Shown here: positions 22,128-35,400 of the stretch, in pieces
Layout of the letters: every line of letters starts with the position of its first letter
Position numbering within the stretch: position 1 is the stretch's first letter
DNA from: Podarcis liolepis
Lineage: Eukaryota
Length of the DNA stretch: 64,000 bases
Reading direction: 5' to 3' (one strand)
Assembly (NCBI GenBank): GCA_965112155.1
Contig: OZ218100.1
The notes under the pieces: generated by a model
Databases searched by the model: none
Told to the model about the DNA's origin: nothing
Seen by the model: only the letters and a program-made list of their open reading frames with translations
Translations under genes and position numbers: made by a program

Positions 22128-24934
22128 GCCTAGCCCATCTGCTAGCCAGTACCATTGTCCCAGTCAATATGCATTGGATACTTTTGATGAGGAGGCAAAG
22201 ATCATGGGCTCATCGTGGTGCAGAATGATGTCATGGGCCCATCGTGCAACCTGGCGAGTGGGAAAGCCTTTAAGCTGTGCCATAAACTGGCACTCCAAGG
22301 AACCCCCACTTACTACTCAGCTATGGATCTGGCCTCATTCCTCCCGCACCTGAAATGAAAACCCTATGTGACCAAAGTTTATAGAGCCAAGCAATTAGAT
22401 AACCAACTAGCAATATTGTGGTGTGGAAGTTTAAAAACCTGCAGCCGCTCCTTCTGTGACCAGTGGTTGGGGTCAGGTTGGTTTCCCTCTTGTCATTATG
22501 TTCTTCCTGGGAGGTAGATGGCATGGCCTGTGGTCACTTAGCACATAACTTTATTGAGAATCTGCCTAGAAGCGTCCAGCATGAACTTAGACCAGATTTT
22601 TTTACAAATGCTTTGAAATGTGTTTCTAATTACTTTAATTTCCTTGTGGTATAAAAGCTATAGCCAAGTTGTGTTTTTATCTCATTGCTCATTATTTATT
22701 TGGGGGAGAGAAACCATAAGCCCAGATTTATAGACAGCAATACATGGCTTAGCTCAGCATAAAGATTGAGGGAGAAGCCAGCGGACCACAGTTTTTGCTC
22801 TGTGTACACTCATGCTTCCTCATTCACATTTAGTCGTGGTTTGACTTAGTGTTACATCTGAACTCAGCTCTTGCCCTGTCCTTCAGAACAGTGTACATAC
22901 TGCCCTGAAAATGGCAGACATTAGCAACATGAATCGGAGGACCTGGGAATTCATTTGAGTTGTATCAAAAATGGTGATACGGTATTCAGGTTGGCTGAAA
23001 GCCATTAGGAGAGAGAATGAAATACAACCCACAAAGTTGTGTATCCTACCCAAATAAATTAATTATAACGGGTTAGCATTTAAAATATGGATCTTGGAAA
23101 ATCTCTGTTTTGGGTTGCTAAGTAATTGAGTCTGAAATTTAGAAACAAAATAATTTTATTTGTTGAGATCCTAGCTCATAAGAATGTAATACAGCACTAA
23201 AATCACAAAAGAAAGCAGTCAAGTAAAGCAGGTGGACCCAAGTTTCATAAGAGCTAGTCTGAAATTAGAAAAGGTGAACCTTGACCAAAATGTGATATAA
23301 AATTTTACAATATTTATAAATCCAAATTATTTATTTCTGAACCATTAGGTCAGAATAAACCATCCCAACTACAGAATCTAGTTCTGAATATTAATTTCAT
23401 ATACATAGACTATGTTAAATAAATCAGCTTGTTAGAGAAGGCCATAGATTTGACTGCATATTAAAACTCAGGTAGAAGTGGGGGGGGGAAATATATGTCC
23501 ATTAAACCACAAACAGCAGTCAATTATGAACTAGCAATTATAAGATATCCTTCCTCCAATAATATTAATTTTTAAAATTTGGACAGTTCATCATAATAAG
23601 CAATGTTTGTTGGAATACTATGGAAAATTTTGGGTAAGTACCGGTACATAAAATTCGGTTTATCACGTTAGGCTTCTTGGGAAATTATTTATTTTATTTA
23701 TCTTATGTCTCTTGTATGGGTCATCTATTCACCTTGTGGTGCTTTGAAACTATGATAGCCAAAAGCTTTACTATGCTGACCCCATAAATAATGTAACACA
23801 TGCCCTAGGAAGGCCTTTCAGGCCCAGCATTTTGGGACTGTTGGAATGATTTGCACACACAAACAGCACACAGGCTTTTGAGATGAGTTAAATATTTACT
23901 GTTTTGCTGCTGGTTTTTTGCTGCCCTGTTTTAATAATGCTTATAATATTGTTTCAGTGTTTTAAATTTATTTTTCTGAGCTGGTTCAAGGAACCTTTTG
24001 GTATAAAATGTGGGATTTAAGTTTCAAAAATAAGATTATCAATACCCTTCTTGAATCGGTTAAGATAATACTAAGCTTTTGTGAATCATACTATGATTTA
24101 TTTTCAAAGAACTGTTAACAGATTGCAATAAATGCAGGATAGAAGTCATTTTGCCCAATATGGTTTTGACAATACACAGTTCATGTTTCTCCCTCTTCTT
24201 TCTCTCTCTTTTAAATCTATTAACAGTGTAATGGATATTACTGCTTTTAGGGAAACCCTACTGAATTGTAAGCAATCTTCTGTTTTGCAGATTGAATGCC
24301 AGTTCCACCATTATTCTGTCCTTTTACAGCACTGAATGCTGCTATTTTATGTCTGTAGGAGTGAGAAATGAAAACGGCAGATTTATGACAACATGATGCA
24401 TTGACTCTACCCACATGAATATCATTAGTGTCACACTCTATCTTCTCGTCTTGTGGCAAGTTATATTTTTTAGCAAAATAAAAAAGAAAAGAAAACCTAA
24501 TTCGGACTTTTTTTTTCTTTTGCTTCTATGCTGCATGATGTTTAGATCTTTAAATCCCAACAAAACATATTCAAAAAGAATGAAAAATACTTGTGTTTGC
24601 CTGAATGCAGATATCACAACCATTAATATGAAAGGGATCTTAAATCTACACTTGTGTTATCAGTATTATTATAGGTTAGTTCTATTATTTCCTTGTGTAA
24701 TAATTCTAAAAATTAAGTCTCTTGCCTGAGAGCCAAAATTTCCTACTCTGTCTGATTATGAACTGGCCCACAAAGTGAAATCTATAAAAGCTGCAAACAT
24801 TCCTTCCCTCAGGATCCAAAAGGCTCTGCCTCCTTTCTATTGGACCAGAAGGAAGTAGCTTCCTTGCAGTTGTGGTTACTGCCACCATCCTAATAAGCTG
24901 CTCTTGCAGGAAGAGGTTGGGGCAGCTTCTGAAG

Positions 24935-25070
24935 CAGGCATAGGCAAACTCAGCCCTCCAGATGTTTTGGGACTACAACTCCCATGATCCCTAGCTAACA
25001 GGACCAGTGGTCAGGGATGATGGGAATTGTAGTCCCAAAACATCTGGAGGGCCGATTTTGCCTACGCCTG
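24935..25070. mobile_element. Palindromic hAT MITE
   Basis: ~55-bp inverted arms CAGGCATAGGCAAA...TTTGCCTACGCCTG; TSD TTCTGAAG/TTCTAAAG. Confidence 0.85.
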
Positions 25071-26422
25071 TTCTAAAGCCTATCAATTCCATTTCCCATT
25101 TTCTTAATGTAAAAATAAGTATATAAATAATATTTCTGTTTGTTCCACTTTGCTTTCAGTGGTGCCAAATCAAGGGAATTATGGTTGAGGAGGTCCCCAA
25201 CCGGCCTGAGATTGTAACGCTGAAAAATAAAGCACTTTGAGGATAATGATTAACAAAAATGGGTTATCGAACCTATTTATTAATATATTTATCAACTGCT
25301 TCTCTAGCTTAAGTTGTGGCTAATTACATCTTTAGTCATCAGAATAAAAATATCTGTTGCTTGCTTGAATTTCCTGCATGTTTCTAAGGTGGTGTGTATA
25401 ATGCTTACACCTAAATATATGCAGTCAAGGAAGGTGCCATTTTGAATGCGCTTTACATCTCCTTGTAATTTAAACAGTATGGACTTCTTTCACTGTGGGA
25501 GTGGAAATGAAAAGACTGACTCTGGTGGCTTTTTTTTAATATCTTGAAAGAAAGCAGGACAATATAAGGACGGCATTTTGCTCATTATATTTCTATAATG
25601 CATTATTATCATTTGGCATTTAGTTTGTAAATAAAAGTGTTGCAGTTTACATGCTCATTTGTGCATTCTCTGACCAGGCAGTTGCAGGAGTGTAACAGAT
25701 AGTCTTGCTTCCTTTGACAGTATTATTGCTAGGCAGTGTGTGTTTGTTGGGGGAGAGGGTGGGGGGTTTAGTAACACCATTTGGGCAAACGCCCTGTTAC
25801 AACTACTTGATAATCTGCATTTCAGGGACCATAATAGCCTCTTAGACTTACAACCAGAGTGTTTGTAGGTGGCTACGTGTCTGGCCAACATTTGCCAGGT
25901 GTGCCAGCTATCTGAGGATTGGAAACGTTCTTCCCCTTCTCAATAGCAGTGAATGGAAGAAGTGTGTCATAGTTTCAGTTGTTGCATTTCTCTGGGGATA
26001 AAGGTATTGCAAGCTCCTTTCTAACCATTAGCTGCATAAACTACGTGTTATGGGGGTGTTGCTTGACTCACTTCTTATGTGACACCATGCATAGTCACAT
26101 CCTGTACATGAATTGATCACGAAAACACATTTCAATATTAATAACATTGAGGTCACACATCTTGTTGACTAAGGCTGTGTACATATTCTATGCAGCTAGT
26201 CTCAGTATGGAATCATTCATGCTTGTCACCAGCATGCTGCTCTCAATCTAAATATTCTACACTCTGCCACCCACAATGGTGGGTAGGGGCTGCTTGACAT
26301 CTATGTGAAAACTCTGCCCTTGATTGGGCTTCCCCTGCCTTTTTCTCTCTGCACATGCAGCAGGTGAATGATGGAGGAAGTGGTTATTTCAGTCTTGGTA
26401 TACACCAACCTACAATATCATT

Positions 26423-26854
26423 TTCCCAGTAGTGATGTATGGAAGTGAGAGCTGGACCATAAAGAAGGCTGATCTCCTTCTTGATGCTTTTGAATTATGG
26501 TGCTGGAGGACTCTCTTGAGAGTCCCATGGACTGCAAGAAGATCAAACATATCCATTCTGAAGGAAATCAGCCCTGAGTGCTCACTGGAAGGACAGATCC
26601 TGAAGCTGAGGCTCCAATACTTTGGCCACCTCATGAGAAGAGAAGACTCCCTGGAAAAGACCCTGATGCTGGGAAAGATGGAGGGCACAAGGAGAAGGGG
26701 ACGACAGAGGACAAGATGGTTGGACAGTGTTCTCGAAGCTACTAGCATGAGTTTGACCAAACTGTGGGAGGCAGTGAAAGACAGGAGTGTCTGGTGTGCT
26801 CTGGTCCATGGGGTCATGAAGAGTCAGACACGACTAAACGACTAAGCAACAACA
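26423..26854 (+). mobile_element. Bov-B (RTE) LINE 3' fragment
   Basis: MYGSESWTIKKAD..DAFELWCWR.LLRVPWTARRSN.SILKEISPECSLEG; (CAA)n tail; TSD ACAATATCATT at 26412-26422 and 26855-26865. Confidence 0.93.
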
Positions 26855-28037
26855 ACAATATCATTGTCAGGTACATCACCCCATTGTCAGGACTGCCTGC
26901 ATTTTCAAATGGACACATTGTGAGGTAATGTAGAGTCATTCTGCAACGAGCTCCCTACACACCATGAATGGAACCAGTTTCTCAAGAAGCACTTTTGTGA
27001 GTGGATTACACACACACATATATAGTGCACAGTGACTCCACAATAAAACATGTGTGTGCATCTTAAAAGTTATCATGGAGAAGCACAAGTAGATATGGGT
27101 CAGTAGCAGTTGCACGCCTTCCACAACACAACAGTCCATCCCTAAACCATACCTGGATGAGATCTTTTCCGTCATCCAAATCATTTAAGACTTTTGCAGT
27201 GGACAGCTTTGTAAGCTTGAAGGGTGATTTTTAGAGTATTTGACAGAGGACACAAGTACTGATTTGCTTGCCTGATAGCAAAAGACTGAGTTCCAGTATA
27301 GTTCAGTAAGACTACCAAAGAAGCATCATCTTCTTTATGAATAGAGTCTTTGAGAGAGCAGTATAACATTTAGATGTTAGAAATATGAATGAATGAATGA
27401 TCCCTATCTCTTTGGCCTGAGATAGTCTTGATTAGTTTTCTGACAAGTGGAGCAATGTCATGAGGTTAGGGTACATCTCAAAGCCATTTCACAAAAGAAG
27501 CTTGCAAAATCGTTTTTGTTTTGTTTGTTTTAAAAAATGTTTCCTCTGTCTAACTCCAAGACAAAACACATTTTGTAATATGAACTTTAGACTATGCATG
27601 TTTTGTTCTCATAAAAGCAGTATAACAAACCCCTAAGAATGTTCTTATACCATCCAGGCTTCAGGAGTGTTAGCATTAATCAAACACTGCCTTGGGGAGC
27701 ACCAATGGTAAGACACTCAGAGTCCTATTTTTAGTAAAATACAATAGGGCTAAGAATAGATGTTCATAACAGAAAGTACAATTTTAAAATTCATTGTGGA
27801 AGGCTTTCTTCAGCAGTACTCAATTTTCTATAGGAACAATAAGATTTTTAGTGTCTGTTTCAGTACATTTGAGGAGAGGGAGTAAACATTCCTGTACATG
27901 TTTAAAAAAATTCTCAGGGGACTGCATTTAAAGATTTACTGGGGGGGGGGATACTGTGTTTCTAAATTTCTCATAAATGAGATGCCTGTTGGGCAAAAAA
28001 TTCTCATATAATCAGACTGATAGCATGGCTGTAGTGT

Positions 28038-28445
28038 TCCTCCTCCTCCTCCTCCTCCTCCTCCTCCTCCTCCTCCTCCTCCTCCTTCTTCTTCTTCTTC
28101 TTTGGCAATCACTTGTAGCCGAGTAAGATTGTCTTCCATAAACATAGTCCATAAGTGACTATGGAAGCCAATTCTGGATCCACACATCCTTCCACAGTGG
28201 GGACATAGGTTTCCAGGTGGGAGTTTATCATGATGAGGGTTTGTCAAGTGTGCCTTCCTCTTAGTGTGTTTCTCCCTTTCGTCCTGAGTTTGAGTGTCTT
28301 TGAAACCCATGACACCTTTGGTAAAGGCTGTTCTCCAGTTGAAACGCTCACAGGTCACTGTTTCCCAGTTGTTGGTTTTTATACTACATTTTTTAAAATT
28401 TGCCTTGGGACAGTCTTTGAACCTCTTTGTTGACCACCAGCATTA
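28038..28445 (-). mobile_element. RTE-clade LINE 3' fragment with a C2H2-like finger and a (GAA)n(GGA)n tail
   Basis: CPHCGRMCGSRIGFHSH on the minus strand; trinucleotide tail at 28038-28101. Confidence 0.8.
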
Positions 28446-31400
28446 CGCTTACAATTTTTAAGTTCGGAATAGAGTAGTTGCTTTGGAAGACGATTTGCAG
28501 CTATATGATATATATATTACATGGCCTAGTAAATCTGTATAAGGGGCAAAGCTCAGAAGTGCAGAAATTAAACACACAATTATGCACTGTGGTTGTTCGG
28601 GCAGCATGAGCAAGATAGGGGGAAACCGAGGCATATTTTCCCTTTGGAGAATCTGTATAAATCCTATTCTATTATTGTTTAACAATCTTAAATAATGCTT
28701 TATTCCAATTTATCTGAAACCCAGATTCTGTTAACAATAAACATAGATGTTTCCTTTGTGGGGTCTGTGCAGAGGTGGAAAATATTCTTACCACCTGACT
28801 GTTCAATAAACTGTGTGTGTGTGCATACAAGCACACACATACACAAACATACACACACACACCAGGTATAACTATAGCTGTCTGCCTATAGTGATAATCA
28901 CCTACGCACCATTCACTCAGTAATGTCAAAGTAACTTTTAAAATGTAACTTTGGTTACATTCCAGTTCTTAATTACTCCGGCATATTGCTCTGAAGCTGT
29001 TGTCTTTATTTTAATTGATGCATAATTCTAGCAGACTCGAAATTACTCAGAACTATATAATTTGTTCTGGAGTGTCATCTCAGTGTAAAACAGATTTTAA
29101 AAATGTGTGTGTTCGTGTCTATGATTTTATTATTCTCAAAAAGCACATCCATCTTTAAGAATGTGGTCCAAACCCAGGATTTGGTGGGGGTGGAGGGTAT
29201 TAAGTTGAGCACAGGTGCACAGCACTGCCAGCATCTGCTGGCCTCCACTTGTTCAATGAGTCCAGTGTCACTCTGCCAACATGGAGCTCTCTGTTCTTCC
29301 TACTGAAGAGGATCACTGCAGCAGCTGTTGGTGGGGCAGGACAGGCAAGGTGCCATTGTGCGCTTGGTTTCCTGGTGCTGAGTTTCACTGCCACTTACTG
29401 AGAGGGCGAGGTGCAATATCTAGGGTTAGCATATAAGGGGCTTGCAAATGGTATACAAAAGGACTCACCCCAATATGTAGGTCAGACCAATGACAGTGCT
29501 TCCCTGATCTTAGGCGAGAGCAGCTTGAGAATCGCACAGTTCCTTTTCTCCAAATTCTTAGGTGTTTCATTGAGCTGCACCATTTGGGACTGCACAGTTA
29601 CTTGGAGCCTTTAAAACACACACACACACAACAACAACAATAGTTCTTAGAGACTTCTGCAGAATTCTGTCTGAATTGTTATTACTATTCAGAACTCCTA
29701 GAAAAAGCAGGAAAATTTGAAATTAGTCATTATGCAGTTGGCTTGGCTGTTAACAAAGCAGTCACCCTTATTTAATGTGCAAACTTTGACATAAGAATGT
29801 GTGTGTGTGTGTGTTAGCTCTACTTTTAGGCATTGAGCTTGTGAACAGTGCTATTTAATTTTGGTCATTTCATAAATAAAATTATGATGATGAGCTCATG
29901 GTGAGGTTCTTATCTGGTGTTTTTCACTTTTTTAAAAAATGCATGTTTAAGGATGAAGTAACTAATTATATGTATTAAGTTGTTTTTTTTTCTTGTCCAG
30001 GAACACATTTTAAGGAATTTTGAAGGAATTAAAAATAATTTCGGTAAGAAAAGTGAAATTTCTCAGCAGAATTCTTCTTATCCTTATTTCTGAGAAGGAA
30101 TAAAGATCCCCCCTCATTCCTAAATTAATTTGGCAGAATTTTGTGAACATAGTGCAAGTTTTTATTTCAGTAGGCAGAAGGTATAATAGTTCAACTGCCT
30201 TATTTCATACTTTCTAAATTCGTTTTCTATCGTTTTCTATCAAAGATCACATTTCTAAATATATTTTCTCTCAAAATACACATTTAAAAACCTATTTTGA
30301 CATTTTTTGTGAGCTGAGATCTGCATTGGAACATTTGGGAAGTGCAGACCTGGTGAACAACTTAGTTCCAGTCTAGGCATTATTTCCAGTATTTGTACTA
30401 TCATTTTCAAATACTGAATTCCTCAGGCATCGTGGAGCTAGTCCTTTTAAAGCACAGATTACTGTGTCCATGATTGCTACCCAGAGGAGCAGAGTTTTAC
30501 CTAAACTGTATGTTTTGAGCAGGCACAGGATCCACTAATATAGAATCCAATAAATTTGAGACATTATACACTGTTGACAATTTAGACAGTATATCTTTAC
30601 AAAAATATTACTTATTGCACAATGAGAGTTAAACTGTCAAAAATTGCTTCCCAGTAGGAGTCAGCAAAGCTCTTTCTTTAATTCCAGACACAGAGTGATT
30701 CTGCCTGTTTGAATTTGACTACGGATGCCATGTTGAACTTGATACTAGCCTCAGTCTAATGCTAAGATAATGCCTTGCAGATGACAAATTGTGAGATACA
30801 GATTATGCAACACTCTCTATTTACGATCACTAAAATGTTTAAGAATATCCTGAGTTATAAATAGCTTTGGATCAATAGCTATAAATGAGAAATCTTTCTG
30901 AAAAACCTTATTGATTGTGTCATAACCCATAAAACATCTGTAAAAGACAGCACTCTCTCTAAATGTCAGATGCATATCAATATTATACCCCGACTTGCAG
31001 TTAGCATTGCCACCAAGAAACATAAACAAACAAAATTGTAACTACAGAATGCGGAATGCATTCTAAAGCTATTGGAAATGCATTGTGTATATACAATCTG
31101 CATTTCTTCACAGGGTATTCATCTCTTGTATTTCTCTGCTGTAATAGTTACATATACTCTGTGGTTTGCCCTCCAGACTCCAAGGTCATACAAAGATCAG
31201 GCAGTGGTTTCCTTCCTTGTGACACGTCTTAAGATTAGACCTCAGCAGAATATACTGTCCCCATTCCCAAACTAACTCTGAAGAGCTCATAGTTCAGCAG
31301 GTCAGCTGCAGAAACATTTCAATGTGGCACTTCAAAGTAGGTGGTGATTTAATATAGGGTTGTTGTTTTTTAATGTTGGAGTTGGTGTACAGAATATTTA

Positions 31401-33291
31401 TTTGTATTGATATTCTGATTTTTCTCATTCAATCCAGTTTCTTAAAGAGGAATATTCAACTGAGTTATCAGTCACTTTTAATTTTTTTTTTAAGTGCCTA
31501 TTCTAGACTACCCTTTGAACCCAGCAAGCTTTTCTTCATGGGGACGGCTAGACAAATAATAAATATGAATGGGCAAGGCTTGTTTTTGAACCTGGACATA
31601 TGGCTATCATATGTATTGAGAAAGACAGGAAGCATTCTTAGGGGGGAAACAACAGCCTTTTGACACAGCTGCAGGACACACTGGCAATCAAAGTACAGTG
31701 TTTGATTTACAAGGCACACAGACTTTTCAACTCTTGGGATAGTCTTTGTTGTCCATGGTGTGGGCTGGTGGAAACTATAATGGGTTGAAAACTGTCGGTT
31801 AAGTACTTTTGGATGGATTAGTTGAAACAGCATATCCAATATTTGAAATGCCTTCACTTCATTCATATTCATTTACAGTTACTCACTGCCATCTACAGCT
31901 ACTGCCATGCAAACAATCTTCCCATTTAACTTCAGCAGAAGGGACAGCTCCACATAAAGGAGTATACATTGGTCTGCACACAAGCAACCACTAACATGGA
32001 CGACAGTGATTGCAAGACTATATTTGATTTTACATTTCATTTTACACTGTCAATATCTGTTTGTTTCAGCAAACTTCTCAGTGAGCCTAATGTTCTGTAG
32101 CTACAACTGCTACATAGGCAATTGCCCATTAATATAGAAGGTAGCCTATTGTAATCTTATGTCTTGTCAGCTATCACTGGTTTGCCCTAATAGTGTAAGT
32201 ATTAATTGGTTTGGCCCATGTAGTTATAATAAGAGCATTCAGGTTTAAAATTACATTGTTCAGTCAATTTATTATTTTTGCTATGTGGCTATGCCTTGCT
32301 AGATAATCAAAATTAATATCTCTTGAATTCACTGCCACTTTGTTACCAGATACAGCAGGTTTAAAGGACTCAAACAATGGCCATAAACTCACATGGGGAT
32401 GTGTCAAGATGTTCAATTTATACTGCATTATTGAAATTATTCCGTTACCTAGGAATACAACACCCACTGCAAAGAGCAAGCAAAAAGACCCTGAATAAAA
32501 TAAAATGAAAAGCATTCAAGCCATATGTTCACAAGGCAAAGATACACAGCTCAATGTGGGTTGCAGTTGCACAACCCTTTGGTCCATTGAACATACCCTA
32601 CTGAATGCCTCCTTGATGGTGGTCCCTCAGCTCCTCCTCAAGAGCAAGCAAGGGCAGGACTCAGGTAACAATGAACTCTTGGCCCATGCCAGGTGTTTTT
32701 GCCCTTACTCAGCCAATTGGCAATTTATGCTAGCTGACTTGAATTCCATTGCTTACCATTCTAAGTTGCTGTTTATCTGCCTGTTGTAATTAATAAAACT
32801 ATGACTCTTTAACCCATTTGGTTGTCATGTGCCTTCAGGATAGTCAAATAGGTTATACTGCCATCTAGTTTCCACATATTGTACACCTTGCATTTTCTTC
32901 CCATGTGTGCTAATGGCAATATAACCAACCTGATGGAATATCCTCTGAAAGAAATTACCTCCAGGTAACGCCAAAGGCCCCCTTTCCTCCCTTCTTCCTA
33001 AATGGATCTTTATCCAAAGTTCAGCATGCAACAGGCACTAGGGAATGTGGGGGATTATGAATTAGTTTATTCAGTCATTTGACCTCTCTTGTTCCTTTCT
33101 TGATAGGGCATCTGAAACAACATTTCTTTTCCCCCTCAAATATGTTCATTCCACATATTAAACTCATTCAACTTCTATGGCCATTTGTGCGGTTTTATGT
33201 TGGTATTCCTCATAGTCTGAAGCCCTGTCAAAGACCAGTTAAAAGAACAAGTTCCTGTTCCCATATATATAGTATATGATCTTATCTTAGC

Positions 33292-33292
<1 letters not shown>

Positions 33293-33343
<51 letters not shown>
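33293..33343. repeat. (TTTC)n microsatellite
   Basis: Direct read. Confidence 0.9.
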
Positions 33344-33344
<1 letters not shown>

Positions 33345-33589
33345 ATTCATCTTGTTAGTTGCCTAAAACAGGGCAGTGTATTGATGACTTACAAAATGCT
33401 TCCAATATTTCTAATTTCAACAAATGCCCAAGTGAATATGACAGTCTTCACTTGGTACAAAGGGCAGCATTTTACAGGTGTGTGGAGAAGTCATAGCCTA
33501 GGCATCTCAAGGGGACAAATGGAGAAGGACCTCAGGCGACAGCTGTTAGGTCTCTGTATATTCTTGCTGTATAAGTCTCACATTGTGGT

Positions 33590-34440
33590 CTTGAGATGAA
33601 TAAGGCTTTATAGATTAATACCAGCACCTCGAATTGGGCCTGGCCATGTGTAGGTGCTGATGCAGTTATGCTAATACTGATGTTATAAGGCCAGAGCCAC
33701 TTGGTCCTAATAGCAGCCTGGCTGCTGAATTTTGTGCCAGCTGCCGTTTCTGAGCTGCCTTCAAGGCATACATCAAATTGCAGTGAGAGCCAGTGTGGTG
33801 TAGTGGTTAAGAGCGGTAGTCTCGTAATCTGGGGAACCGGGTTCGCATCTCCGCTCCTCCACATGCAGCTGCTGGGTGACCTTGGGCCAGTCACACTTCT
33901 CTGAAGTCTCTCAGCCCCACTCACCTCACAGAGTGTTTGTTGTGGGGGAAGAAGGGAAAGGAGAATGTTAGCTGCTTTGGGACTCCTTAAAGGTAGTGAA
34001 AGGTGGGATATCAAATCCAAACTCTTCAGTGAACCAGTCTAGAGGTTACCAGAGCATAGATCACTGCAACTAGCATATCATAGAGGGAAATATGTGGCTG
34101 CCTGCTGAAGCTGGTGGAAGGTACTTCACGCTGCCAAGACCACATGTGTCTCATCTTCCAGGAGGATCTGGAAGCTATGAGCCTGCCCCTTCAAGAGGAA
34201 TTCATCCCTATCTAGAAAAGCTTGAATGCCACTCACCTGGTCAGAGGAGGCATGCACTAACAGCAGTCTTGTCTGCATTGGGTTTAGTTGATTGGCTTTC
34301 ATCTAGTCCACTATTGCTACTAAGCATCAATATAGTACACCTGCCACCTCATCTGCAAGAGATGAAAAGGAGAAATAGAGTTGTGAGTCATCTTCATATT
34401 AATAACACCAAACGCCACTCGGCAGTGCCATATTTTTCTA
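33590..34440 (-). mobile_element. Old L2 LINE relic interrupted by a SINE
   Basis: Minus-strand QAQFEVLVLIYKAL, typical of the L2 ORF2 C-terminus. Boundaries are approximate. Confidence 0.5.
33786..34026 (+). mobile_element. tRNA-derived CORE-type SINE (Squam3-like)
   Basis: A box TGGTGTAGTGG, B-box-like GGTTCGCATCT, CORE-like GTGACCTTGGGCCAGTCAC; CAGTGA repeated at both ends. Confidence 0.75.
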
Positions 34441-34459
34441 CCACACTGGCATAGTCAGT

Positions 34460-35400
34460 ACAGTATCATTTAATTTCTCAAAAGCTTCCTGACATCTGTA
34501 TGGCCAACATCACCTTGTATGCCTTTGCCTTCTTTGTAAATTCATGTAAAGGTATCACTATATCCTCTAGTTGCTGAATAAATCTGCAATAAAGACCTGC
34601 TAGCTATGCCTAAGAAAGAACTAGCCTGTTTCTTGGTACTAGGTGGAACTCAACAATTAATTGCTTCCATTCTGTTCCACACTGGGATAATTTCTCCATT
34701 CCTTACTTTATACTGAAATATGCCACCCTGGGAAACTAAACTTGCATTTGGATGGTTTGATGGCCATTCCCACTATTTGAATGACATCTAAGACTGTTTC
34801 TAAACTAACATGGTGATCTTCCATGCTGTCTCTAAAAACAGCTATGTCATGTCATCTATAAAGCAACTACTTTAATAGGTTGTTGTCAGTTGGCCACTGG
34901 AATGAAGCAGTTGGGTTCCCTAATCCAAATTGTAACACACTGAATTCATATTAACCATTGTGATAACAATGATTTTGGGCTCAGGTCCAAAACCTCTTAT
35001 ATAAAACAATAGCGGGTAAAGCTTTAGTAGATATCAGTACATGAGGGTTGTGGGGAATCCATTCTGGGCATAGGAAATGCATCAGGTTTTAATTCTACGT
35101 TAAGTTTTTGATCATCCAATATGAAACCTAATTGAGACATCTGTCTTTAGTATTAACCCCACAGGTGAATTCCATGGGCACAATAAAGGCTGTATTATAT
35201 TTTCTATTTCTCCTCTGGTATCTTTCAGTACCTTCTAATTGACCTTCCAGTAAGAAGGGGCTCTAATAGAGACAAGATGAGGGACAGTGAATAATAGGAA
35301 GATTACAAGGACTTTAAGCAAGAGGTCAGGAATCTTCTCCAAGGTTGAGCATTTGACAGAATTAGTCTTGAATCAAGAGGTTCCACTCACAAATCAGTAT
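34460..35400 (-). pseudogene. Degraded Ty3/Gypsy pol (RT and RT-RNase H linker) relic
   Basis: Minus strand reads, across frameshifts and stops: CPWNSPVGLILKTDVSIRF...QKLN; PDAFPMPRMD; FIDD/IAVFRDSMEDH..LETVL...IKPSKCKF; PSTKKQASSFLG; YCRFI. The blocks are in colinear Gypsy order. Confidence 0.8.

Noticed and set aside
15650-26845. Bov-B as a novel horizontal transfer
   Set aside because: Bov-B is a well-known abundant squamate LINE; these are ordinary 3' fragments and their antisense ORFs are artefacts.
27936-28358. 140-aa ORF with poly-Glu/poly-Gly
   Set aside because: An RTE 3' fragment read through its trinucleotide tail; not a gene.
33786-33860. tRNA gene
   Set aside because: The A/B boxes belong to a SINE head and there is no complete cloverleaf. 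The same applies to the Sauria SINE heads.
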